From Paragordius varius (taxonomy: Eukaryota; Animalia; Nematomorpha), in contig OZ176057.1 in assembly GCA_964247055.1 (NCBI GenBank), forward strand, positions 124,001 through 188,000: DNA of 64,000 nt. The letters run 5' to 3'. A model generated the notes under the pieces. The model was not told the origin of the DNA and made no database searches. It saw only the letters and a list, made by a program, of their open reading frames with translations. The position numbers and the translations under genes are program-made. Shown in pieces: positions 11,500 to 24,300 of the stretch (the first letter of the stretch is position 1; each line of letters starts with the position of its first letter).

Positions 11500-12590
11500 G
11501 TTTTAGATTGAAGCGAAATACTACAGATGATATAGCCAATAGTAATGCTATAATATCGAGATATAACAAAATCGGTAAAAGTTTGTACTTTAATTTTTTG
11601 GACTTCAGTATGGCATTTGACATATTCAACCATGACTCTCTCTGGAAGATTTTTCAATCTTGGAGAATTTCATCCCACAAAATACTTTTGTTGCAAACGG
11701 TGTGTTCTAAGCAAACAGCTGCGATCAAAGCACAATACGGTCCCATCGACTGGTTTCCTATTCTCAGAGGTGTGGGACACGGATGTGTTTTTTCCCCGTC
11801 CTATTCAACTTATACACAGAAACTTTATTCCGAAATTGTGAACTTTGGCAACATATTGGAGTCCGCATCGATGGTCTTACTGCACGCAATCTCCGATACG
11901 CTGATGATACAGTTCTCTTGACTAAATCTCATCCGGACATTATTTATCTCCTAAATAGATTACAGTCGAAGCAAGTTTTATGGGTCTGAATCTTAATCTC
12001 TCCAAATTTTATTCAAAAATACTCAACGTTCCCCAGATACAATATCACTTAATGCATCCTCTCTCGATGTAACCGATTACTGTAAGTATTTGGGTTCAAT
12101 AAGTTCAGATCTCAACATACGAGCAAGGCCTGCATTAGGGGCTACCATAGGCATGCTGTTCAGATATGAACTTTTCGGTTATAAGAGTTTTAACCAAATC
12201 AGCCCTAAAAGCAATGGTTTACACCGTCGATTTTTAAAATTTTAATCATAGGTAAGTAAATCCACCGACAAAGTCCAATTTTTTTCAAATGTGGTGTTCC
12301 CGGAAAATTTTACGTACCTAGAAAGCCCACATCTCTAATTCATATATATATATATATACATAACTTCCTCAAACATCAATCAAATATCTAGGCTACATTC
12401 TTCGATCCGATGCCCTTAAGAAAAAACATTCTCCCTGAGTTAGTCGATGGGACTCGCAAAAGAGGCCGCTCCAAAAAGTGGTTTTTCCATATTATTAAAT
12501 CAATTGCAAACCTTACACTCTCCCAAATAATTTGAAAGTCTCAAGATCGTCTGGAATGGAAAACGCTTATTTATGAGAGAGATAAGAGTC
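11500..12590 (+). mobile_element. Degenerate RTE-clade LINE relic (RT and C-terminal region); boundaries approximate
   Basis: Fragments FLDFSMAFD..HDSLW, RGVGHGCVFSP, LFNLY, NLRYADDTVLL and DGTRKRGRSKKW, with multiple frameshifts. Confidence 0.82.
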
Positions 12591-13541
12591 GTTACGCGAA
12601 TAACTCTTAAACAAACATAAAAAAGAACAAATTTACGATATGACCTGTCCGTGACTATTGAGTCTAGGATTTGACTTCATATAGACTCGCGTATCCGGCG
12701 CTTTGAACTATATTAGTGATTACTTTGCGAGTTAGGGATGCCACTTTTGCTAGTCAAAATTTATCTTATATTTAACCTATTATTATTTTTTAAATCTATT
12801 TATTGGGTATCGTAAGATAATTGAAATAAATGTAAAAATCTTTTACCGTCATTTCTTTATTGTTATTTTTACTCAAAATACTGACTTCTTGGAATTTTGT
12901 AGGTTTTTTAAGAATCTATATTATGACATATTTACGTAGGATTTCATTTATTGTACATATTAATTAATTTATTCCAATAAATGTTCTAGAATGTTTTTTG
13001 ATTCAGGCTAGCAAAAAAAATAAAATAACCTCCTATAGCCCATTTGATATCACTATACTATGAATTTCAGCTTTAAAATCAGAATATAAATATATAGAAA
13101 TATTATTTCAAAAGATTAACATTCATATTATAGCCTAAGGTTATTTAAAATTAAAATGGATAATTTAATCTATGTAATAGATTTCATGGAAAAATGCAAC
13201 GTAAAAAATTGAAATTATTATAAAATTTTGTGATAATGCCAAATTAACAGTTTTTGGACAAAGGATTTTTGAAAGATTTCCAAGATAAAAAATAATTATA
13301 CTTTTGAATCTTTTTATCGAGTGTGTAAATATAAAAAATATTTTGTCACATATTATGTATATTAAATATTATAAAAAAATGTTTTGTAATAATCTAACCA
13401 TATTCGAGGTATTGTTTGGACTCCAGGGTAAATCTATATCAATTTTATATATGTGATGATAATTTTTTCATGAAAACTTTTTAATATAATTTTAAATCTT
13501 TAATTTGTAAATAATGCTTAAATTAAACTCAAATGTTAAAA

Positions 13542-16500
13542 ATGTTTGATGTCTTATCGATTTGTTAGTTTTGTCTGTTGTTTTGTTTTGTGAAAATGTC
13601 TCAAACTCCGAAATGTATTGGAGATCCAGCTTAATAAGCCAACATCATCCTTGTAATCGGCCTTGCCATGCATTTACGAAGTCTTTGGAATGCACGTACA
13701 ATTTTGTGGTCACTGTTGAACACACAAATTATACGTGTGACAAATGTCAACTTAATACCACCAGCTATTTGTAAGCTTTTATTATATAAAAAATAGCATT
13801 ACACCAATTTTACTGTAGGACAGGATTTTAAAAAATAATAATAACTTGTAATAAATATTTAATTTTAGGAAAAGAGCGTCGAAGGAAATGACTTTAAATA
13901 TTGTTATTTACATGTTAAATTACAAACGATTTTAATTTTTAAGCCAATACACATAATCCATGCACTTCGGATTGGGATTTTAACCTTTAAAAATAACCGG
14001 ACGGTTTATAGACACAGATTTTGACGGTCAGAGTCCTTGAAATACAGGCTTAGTTCTTTCGTTAAAAAAAACTAAGCAAACACCAATCATATTGTATTAA
14101 TATTTTCACAATATTAAAAAACGTCATGAATAATTTGATATTAATATATATCATCCAATTATTTAAAAATTATATTTTAAATAGGATAAAAACATATGTT
14201 GAGTTCTTAAATTATTTACAAAAGCAGTCAAAGTCACGGTCATAATGGTAGGCCCAATCTAATTAGTAATTTTATGACAGATCCAAAAATATAAGCCTAT
14301 CGGATTGCCAGGGTCAAGAATGTGTGCTAGGAGATGCCTACCAGCGAGTCGTATATCTTGTCAATCGATTCCCTGGACCTGATATAACGGTTTATTGTGC
14401 GTCTACTCCTCTAATTAACCATAACTTATCGTGAAAGATTTTTTAACGTTTTAGGTTTGCGAAGGCGATAAAATCGTAGTTTATGTTACCAATTCCATTT
14501 TGAATGAAGAAGCTATCACGATTCATTGGCATGGAATGCATCAAATCGGAACGCCTCACATGGATGGAACACCAATGGTTACTCAATGTCCCATTTTAAA
14601 GGGTGGATATTACATTAACTAATTTGTATGGTTTCAAAAATGCTTGATTCTTTTCTTATGTTTTTATTTGTATCTACCGTTTTAGAATCGCTATAACAAT
14701 TTTGCTATTACAATTCAAGTCTCGAAATAATTAATGATTATTGCATGGCTTTTCATTTCAAGCAATAATTATTTTTACGAATGTCAATTAGGAGCTATTT
14801 TCCGTTATGATTTTTCCCCAAACCCAGGAGGTACAGCCTTTTGGCATTCACATACAGCGTTTTTGAGGGCGGATGGTTTAGTTGGTCTGATTGTACGAAA
14901 ACGCATTCAACATATACCTAAATGGTTTGAGGAAAAATTTTATATAAATTTAAAATCTTTTGACAAATTGCCATTGATTCCAACTATAACTCCGATCCAA
15001 AATGAAATATATGATCAGGTTTTTCTCTATGATCAAATAATATTATTAAAATGATTAATATTAAACATTTTTTGTCCATGCAACATTTAGCGCCAATCAT
15101 CCTCAACTTCCCCTATCCCTCCAAACAATAATACGCATTCCAAAATCAAGTATAGAAGTTTGTATCGAAAGAGACAAAAACATCAAGTTTGCTTACGAGA
15201 GTATGCCCAACATTTATTTGCTCAGGATCAGGACAATGTTATTATCGTGCAAGAATGGAAACATGATATAAGCCTAGTGGATTACATGCTGATAGATACA
15301 AAAGCCAAATGCCTCGTAATTAATGGACGAAAAGGAACTCCTAAATCTCCACCTGCTATAACAGTCATTAATCGCAAAAATTATTTTGGCGGCGCAAATA
15401 AATTGGACAAATGTGCTGACGAAGCAAACAACAACTGTCAAGACGACATCCCATGGATTCGAATAATTAGCAACGGGTTTCTTTCATGTCCCATACAAGC
15501 ACATTTAGAGGGACACAGGTAGGTTGTTGTTTAATTTATTATAAAGAAAACTTTACGTTTGTCAAAGATTACTTGTAGTAATCGAATATTCACTATAAAT
15601 TCATATAATTTTAGCTGAATTACAATTGCAATATAATAATAACGAGATGATTTAGTTTAAAATAAAAAATTAGTATGATACAGACGCCAAATAATTAACT
15701 TACACGGTGTATCTAATATTTATTTCATCATTCATTAATGTTTTTTGACAATTTTTGCAGTTTGGGTACGCTAATTTTTTTCTGATCAAATATAGGCTCA
15801 AATTAATTGCTTTGGATGGGATTGAGTTGAAGGATTCTCCAATATTTGATATATTAACCATATTCCCGGGTGAGCGATTAGATGTCCAACTGATTCAAAC
15901 TGATTTCCCTGCCAGAGAACAACGACCGCCAAGCGTAGAATGGGAAAGTTTTGCATTGCATTGGATTTCTCATGGCGATTGCCTTGTTAAAGGTATTCAT
16001 GCAAATGCAACATCATACATCGTTTATCGAAACCAGGATATCACAAATAGCCTTAGTAAACAAGTAGTAGATGATGACTATGAGGATTGTAATGGAGAAA
16101 TCATGACAGCAACAGCAACAAGTCCACAAAACAATTTTGATCAACTTTTACAGAGTGTTATGGAAATGAATTTGAACCCGTCCAACATACCCAATAAGGC
16201 GTTTGATTGGCAAGTTGCGCTGAATACATCAATAGTATATATATACAATTTACAATTAAAATTCACCCACAAATTCAAATTCACCCTTGAACAATTCAAA
16301 TTCACCCTTGAACAATTCAAATTCACCCTTGAACAATTCAAATTTACCCTAAAAATAAATTGTGTTTTCGGGCTAAGATAACTTATTAATATTAAATATA
16401 TCTCAATGACATATTTCATTTTTTTTCAGTATTATTTTAGTTCTAAACAAATTTTTATTATATAAAAATATAAAAAATACCGAATTTATTATAGGGTGAA

Positions 16501-18401
16501 TTCGAATTGTTCGAGGGTGAAATTGAATTGTTTAAGGGTGAATTTGAACTGCAAATGGTATATCTCTCTTGAAATTAAATAAATTAATTATACAACTTAT
16601 TTTATCTATAGTAATTACTTTACATTACATCTTTTGTAGATTTTTAACCCAACACATATGGAAGATTTTAATCAAAATGACCGATATATCCGATTAAATG
16701 ACATACAGCCTCTCGAAAAAACGAAAATAATTTATGATAATATAGGGTCTCTTTCAAATTTGGCGCAAGATACGCTTGTGGTGGACCATAAAATATTTTT
16801 GTTTGTGGATAGTCCAATCATATATGAGAGTAAGATTGTATCTTGACATATTAATATTTCTTATGAATGATAATCATTCATTTTATAGTAATATCGCTTT
16901 TATTTTAATTAACACAGACATGCCGATTTTCAATAACATTTCATATCGGGCTCCAAGTCACCCGCTCTTGACACAATTTTCCCAAATCGATAAAGAGCAA
17001 TTCTGTAATTACGAGACTCACCCGCATTGCAAATATGAATTCTGCGCCTGTACTCACCTGTACAACATACCGCTAGGGTCAGTTATTGAGCTCATATTAG
17101 TAGACGAAGGTAAAACCATCATTTAAAGGCATTGATTATTTTCTGTTTATGGCTACAAATATAAAGGCGTATATATGTATATCTTTTAGGGCTAAATGGT
17201 GAATATGATATCTTCGGTACATTTACATGGCGGCTATTTCATCGTTTTGGCTCAGGAAAAAATGTATTGAGAGGGTTAATTATTTTTTTGATTTGATGGA
17301 ATTCGCATTCTAATACAAAAGCGATTGAATTCATAAATATATAAAAATCATAATTTATTAAAATATTTCGAAAAGAAATATTAACAAAATTGTAATATGG
17401 TAACCTAATAATGAAATATAAGATACAGTCAATAAAAATCATAGTAAAAATTATAGACTATAAAAACGTTTTATCGGCAAGTTAATCCATAATTAACTTA
17501 AATATAATCATAAATTTTTAACATATTTTGCGAATCTCACGGGGCTTGAGAGTCTCAGAATAGGCTTAAACTAATCTATTGTCTATCTCAATACTCTAAT
17601 TTAAAATATATTATATTGGGAAAAATAATACGTTAACTTGATGAGCATGAAACAAATTTTGAATGTTTTCATGACTGTTTAATTTCAGAATACCGATATT
17701 GACGTACCATTTGAAGGCGTCTAAATAGGTGTTTATTTTAACTTTGAAATTAATAAATTTCATTTCCACAGATAAAATTGTTGGATGAGAATGGGAAACT
17801 AAGGCGCAATTATACGCATTATAGTGTGAAGGATTCAGTTTCAATTCCAGAAGGTGGCTATACTATTGTGCGCTTTAGGGCCGATACCAGATTTATCTTT
17901 TCTCTTATGCAACATTTATTACAAAAATGTGAATTTTGCTGTATTACAGATAAACTTTTTAAAAATTTATTGAATGATCTAAAATTGTTTTAATTATAAA
18001 AATAATTTAAATATAAAATTGAGTGTCTATCCGATTCTCTTTTTATTATTTTGCAATTCAGAACAATAGGTTTAATTTAAACAAGTTTTCAAGTGTGGGT
18101 GTATTTATAAAAAATGTTAGTCATTTTCTTTATGATTTCTATTTTTCCTGAATCCTCAGTAAATTGTTTTGAAACTTATATCATAAAAATAACTATTATC
18201 GTAACTTTAATATAGAAAGATTCGGAATATATTTATATTTTTGATTTAGGCTTTTGGATGTTTCACTGTCATTTACACTTTCATTTGTTCCAAGGAATGG
18301 CTGTCGTTTTCCAAATAGGAAATATCACTCAAATGAGACCAACGCCCTTTAACTTTCCTCAATGTGGTCCCTGGCTCTCATCTTATCCTGCTCATCTTTG
18401 A
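13542..18401 (+). pseudogene. Multicopper oxidase copy A2, full exon set but disabled; exons ~13542-13770, 14281-14389, 14455-14602, 14792-15018, 15091-15518, 15796-16234, 16640-16829, 16918-17109, 17190-~17274, 17772-~17890, 18250-18401
   Basis: Signal-peptide-like start; HWHG, WHSH and HCHLHFH..GM motifs. Lesions: 1-nt frameshift in a T-run at ~13561; 2-nt deletion removing the first His of HSVHLHG (~17212); 14-nt deletion (~17265); 1-nt deletion plus GT>AT donor loss (~17886-17892). Confidence 0.88.
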
Positions 18402-18922
18402 AATATTAAAAATACCGTCATACTTTGTAAATTTTGTAAAAAATTGTGATACCCATTATATTTATAGGATTTGGAAAGTATTGTTATTAAAAGGTGTTTC
18501 ATTTTAAGCACATAAGATTTAAAAAAATTTTTTAAGATGATTTTGGTATTTAAAAACAATAGGTTCTTTTGCTTTTATTTGTGCTCCTTAAAAATACTTT
18601 TCTATTAAAATATTATTATCATTTATTGGTAATGGATAGATTGATTGAGTTATCACATGTCTGATGAGACGGATATTTGTATAACATTGTGTGACAAAAT
18701 ATATGCTCATTAAAAAACATAAAATGTACATATTTTGTGTCTCTTTCAAAATGAGATGACATTGCGACAAAATTAAAAGTAATACTTAATAAATAAAAAA
18801 GCCATTTAGACCAGTAATTAAACCAATGACGTATAATTGTTAAATAATATGAGTGTAATTTGTAACTTTTATTGTAATAATTAAACAAAAATTATCCAAT
18901 CATGGAGGTAATGTAGGCTTCT

Positions 18923-21105
18923 TCATATACTAAGGTCGAAAGGTGGCCCATCTAAATTTATGGAGTTTGTGATTGGGTATGTATCGACTTCGTTTGCCGA
19001 GTTCCGGATTGAAAGATGGTCAGTTTCAGCAGGATTCCAAGAACCACATTTAGGGAAATCCTTGGGTAGAGGAGGCATATCTCCCACATGTCCAACTTTG
19101 AAGATCAAAGCCATTCCTTTAATAAAATGGAAATCCAGATGGCAATGGAGCATCCAAAACCCTATATAAATGGATTAAAAATTGGCCAAGTTATGAAAAT
19201 TAGTTGTTACCAGGATTATCGGCTTTCGAACGATGGTGTAACCGCCTTCTGGGATGGCAACAGATCTTTGATTGCATAATGCGTGAAATTCCGCATTAAT
19301 TTCCCAGCTCTGTCACCTACTTTTACCTGTTTTCATAAGAATATCATCCATCCATAGAGATATTTTAACACTCAAAATAATTGTTAACTATTCTAACCAA
19401 TATTTTATAGGCATACCGATTTTGTCGTAATTTTTTTAGCAAGTTTTTCTTGTCCCAAAACAACCATATGATGGCCATGTAAATGGACGGAGTGGATATC
19501 ATATTCTCCATTTAAACCTAAACAACAAATCGCAAACAAAATAAAAGTTTTGCAATACGCGATAATATTTTAAGATATAAATAAATTAATGCGAATAACC
19601 TTCATCAATCAAAACTAATTCGACCACGGATCCAAGCGGAATGTCATATATATGGGTACAAGAGCAAAATTCTACCTTGCATTCCATGTTATTGGAAAAG
19701 TGTTGGGAATTCAATTCGTTTAGGCGAACGTACCGAACATTAGTGTTAAAATCTTCCATGTGCACCGGATTAAACACCTATAATATATGTATAAATTAGA
19801 TAACCAACCAAAACCAACCTTCAAAGTAGATAATGCCGCGTTCCAATTAAACGAATCGGAATTTCGCCTGAGCCAATCGTATTCCGAATCCCAAGAACTG
19901 TTTCATTGTTTTGCGTGAAGATGACATAGGAGATGGCATTGGCATGAACACCGTCTATAATACAATCACCATGAGCAATCCAACGCAAAGCATACGTTAC
20001 AAGTTGAGCAGATTCAGAACTTTCATCCGTTTCTATCAATTCCACGTCAAATCTTTCCCCGCCAAATATGGTAAGAATATCGAATTCTGGTCCGGATTCT
20101 ATCAAGTTTTTATCGGTGGTCAACAACTTGAATCTTTTAAAATATAATTATATATATTTAATATCTCCTCGCTAACTAAAGTATGCCAACAATTATTATT
20201 ATGGAATAGATATACCTATGTCCTTCCAACTGCGCTTGTATGGGACAAAATAAAAAGCCATTGCTCACAATTCGGATCCATGGCCTTTCATGATATCGGT
20301 TAAGAGATGCATTGCTTGAATCATTGTCCGATGCTGGTGGATATTTAATGAAATTTTGTCGGTTAATGACCGTTATAGTTGGCGGAGACAAGGGTGTTTT
20401 TTGACATCCATTTACTAATAAGCTCGGAGCATCTTCCTTATCATAGAGATAGTGGATAGGACTTAATTCATGTTTCCATTCTTGTACCATTAGCACATTA
20501 CTTTGGTCTTGATCCAATGTATGCTGGGCAAAAGCTTTAAGAATTTTTTCGCAAGGCTTAATGAAGTCATTTTTGGAAATCAATGGTGTTGACTTAATTC
20601 TAATTTCAGGTGAAGCAACAATGGTTGAGTTGGTATTCTTTTCTTTAATCAGGTTCCCAGGTAACAATCTTTTATCCTGTTTTTTGATTCGGTTGGTGGC
20701 GATTTTGTGTGATTTATGACTAGGACGGTTTTGTGAATACAGCATATAAATAATAATATGATTCATTATAATTTTAACAAAATATCAATCAATAACTCAT
20801 ACATCTTTATAGTATTGGGCCATTTGAGATGGTTTTTTAGGTGAAGAATTTTTAATCCCAGTTTTTTCATCTTCCACATGTCGTTTATTACATTTGGGCT
20901 TTGGGTACGGGTTCAGTTGGTTTAGGGGCATTTTTTGCCTCATAATCTTCATTGAAAGCATCGGCATATCCCTGAGGCACAAGACTAATCCGCTTTCTCA
21001 CAATCAAGGGTCCGACAACACCTTCAGCTCTAAGAAAGCCAGTATGTGCGTGCCAAAATGTTGTACCAGGTGGATTGGCCATAAAATCATAACAAAAGGT
21101 TGAAC
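18923..21105 (-). pseudogene. Multicopper oxidase B (divergent paralogue, convergent with A2), 5'-truncated and frameshifted; exons 21105-20803, ~20730-20216, 20133-19819, 19777-19600, 19517-19417, 19326-19211, 19161-18923
   Basis: Motifs PGTTFWHAHTG, HSVHLHG and WMLHCHLDFHFIKGM. No HWHG exon or signal peptide. Frameshifts at ~20935, ~19904, ~19267 and ~19237. Confidence 0.88.
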
Positions 21106-21343
21106 CTAATTGTTAATATTTCAGTTTAGATATGATTCCTTGATTATACTGTTACTTAACGGACAATACTCTCATAGTCCTTATACATTTGGATATTTAA
21201 TTTTTTTTAAAAAAATACGACAACAAATAAATCCTTATATTGTTCGAAAAACTCCTTTTCGCTTTAAAAACTAAACTAATATAGTTTTTTAGGTTTAGCA
21301 TATGATTTACTATAAAAAAATCGTCTCCCATGAGATAATTTAA

Positions 21344-24300
21344 ATGCGTTTAAAATTATTTTACTGCATGTCTCAAAAATTTGACACAGGAAGTGTGAAG
21401 AATATATGCACTTTCAAAATAATAGATAAAAATTTAGGTATATCTAAAATTATTGTAGGAATTTATGCTATTGAGTTAAACAGACCAACTGTAAAAAATG
21501 CCTTAAACTTAGAAATGCTCGATTTAGTAATGCTAATTTAATCCATTTTATCTCAAATAAATCTAACTTTTTATAAGTAATTTTATTTAGCTTCAAAATT
21601 AATATAGCTGTCGAATCTCGTTGAAACCGCTTCAAAAGAAACTAATTGTCATGCAATCATCTTACGTAGCCTTGTTCCCGGTGTTTTTTGCTCAGGTCTT
21701 TTCTATTAATTTAAAATATTTAATTCTTAAGAAAAAAGAACCCATTTAATATTGGCTCCATTTTTCAACACCTAGATCCGAGCTTTGTAACGTATTTCCA
21801 TAGTCTTCTTTTTAAGTTTTTCCTGATTTTATTTGGATCAGTAAACCACGAACAAATAATTTAGATGGTGAATTTTGTGAAAATTTGTTTTGATTATTTA
21901 ATGATAGCTGTGGACGAGTATTAACCTTATTTTTTATTTATATTTGTTTTATTCGAATATTACAATGACAATTATTTTTTGGATTAGTTGTAGAGATACT
22001 TGATACTTGATGGCTTTTTGTCTTCAATTTTGAAGGTGTCCGTGAACGGTCTTATTCCAAAGGTCCTTAATCTAGACATTTGGTAATGTCGAGGTTTAGG
22101 GTTTTTATGTCATTTTTAATGTTGTCGCTCCAGGAATGTGTTGGGCGCCCTTTGCGGTTGTTTCCAAAGGGTTGTATGTGCTTAATGGTTTGGAGTGGGT
22201 GGTCGGTTTGTCTTCTTTCAATGTGACCCAAGTATTTAAGCCTGCTTCTTTGTATAAACTTTTTTACTGTGTCATTTTTGTGTTTAATATGAATATTGTA
22301 GTCAGAACAGCAAGCTTTAACTATTTTGTTTTCCGTATTTATCATTTTGTCAAGATTTGTTTTGTTTAGGGGCCATGTTTCGGTGGCGTAAGTAAGAGCT
22401 GATCTGACACCTGCTTTGTATATTAGCCATTTATTATTGATAGATACATTTTTATTTTTAAGGACAAATTTTAGGGAATTGACTTTACTCCATGCTTGTT
22501 GGATACGTTTCCGTATTGCTCCAGTTATATGACCTTTAGAGTCTATGACGTCTCCTAGGTATGTAAACTGGTCTACTTTTTCTATTGAGTTTTCATCGAT
22601 TGTCATATATGTCGAGTGTGTTTGAGTTGTATTATTGTTTATACAGTTGTCACATTTAAAGTTTATTTGTTCGTTGAGTTTGCCGGTGATTTTGGAGCAT
22701 TTTTTGTGAACCCAGAATTTGCATTTGTTGCATTTTATTGAATTTGTTTTGACCTCTTTGTCGCAGATGGCGCATGGATATTTGGGGCGCTGCGTACGAT
22801 CTCCTGATATCATTATTTTTGTTTTATTAATATTTATTTTCAGCCCATGGTTCTCTAAACAGATTTTCCATGTTCTGAATTTGTTTGAGATGTTTTCCAT
22901 TGAAGTATCTGTTAAAACGATATCATCCGCAAAGATTAACTCCCAGGGCGGTTGAGTAGATATGTTTTTTGTTATACTGTCTAATATTATAATGAATAGT
23001 AATGGACTAAGTACAGACCCTTGGTGTAGGCCAGTGTTTGTTTTGAAAGGTTCCGTGTCTCCTATTTGCGTGCGTACCATTGTAGTTGCATTTTCATAAA
23101 GGAGTAATATTATTTCTATTAAATATTCTTCGATGTAATTTTGTCTTAGGGCCCATTTAATTGTTGCCCTAGGGATATTATCAAAAGCTTTCTCCAGGTC
23201 TAGAAATATGTGGAAAAGTTTTTCATTTTTTGAAAGGTATTTTTCCTGTAGTTGCCTGATTATGAAGATGGCATCTGTAGTGCTGTGTTCTTTACGAAAT
23301 GCAAACTGATTATTTGTTAATGTAATGGTTTGTCTTAGGCGATTGTCAATGATGCTTTCAAATATTTTGAATGTGTGTTCTAAAAGTTTTAAGGGGCGGT
23401 ATGAGGAGCAGACGAGACGATCCCCCTTATTTTTATATATAGGGATCGTTATACTTTTATTCCAGTCATGGGCAATTTCACGTTTGGTAAGAATTTCATT
23501 AAAAAAAGTTGTTAGGTAGGATGTTAAGCATGGTATTGGTTTAAGCAGATCGATTGATAGTTCGCTGGCACCTGACGACTTGTTTGGCTTCATTTTTTGT
23601 ATTGCTTTTTATAATTCATTTTCTGTGATTTCGTGGATGGGTCCGCTCGTGGGTGGTTTTAGTGTTAGAGGGATTTTTAAATTGTTGGTTTGGTTCATTG
23701 ATTTTTCTAAGCTTTCTTTCCATATCTTGATTACACTTTCTGGGTTAGTGATTATTTCATTCATATTGTTTTTTATACATTTGGTTTTAATGATGTCTTG
23801 TTTGTTTGAGTTTATATTCTTTATGTATTTAAAGATTTTTTTATTTTTAACCTGGTCCTCTAGTTTACTGGCCAGTTTTAGGCAATTTTCATTCATAGTT
23901 TTTCTAATTTCTTTCTGCGCTTTGTGTTTTGCGATGAGATATGTTTGTCTGTTTTTATTATTGCTATCCCTTTTCCATGCTTTGAAGGCGTCGTTTTTTT
24001 CTTTAGTAACCCCTTTTAATTCCTTTTTCCACCACCAATTTTTCTTTTTTCTATTGTATGGTTTGCATCTCCCACAAATATTATCTGCTGTTTTAACTAT
24101 TGTTTTTAGGTTATCCCATCTTGAACCAATGGATTCATTGTTTTGCTGGAGCTTTTCAGATGCCTGGTTGATGTATTTGTTCCTGATTGTTTGATTTTGG
24201 AGTTTATTGTGGTTGATTTTGGCAGGTCTTTGATATAAGGGTTTATTTTTTAGTTTTTTCAAGACTGCAATCACTATTTTGTGTTGAGTGAAGCTAGTTT

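Noticed and set aside
23580-24194. 204-aa hydrophobic plus-strand ORF as a membrane protein
   Set aside because: It is the antisense shadow of the Lys/Asn-rich RTE linker; similar shadow ORFs lie opposite both retroelements.
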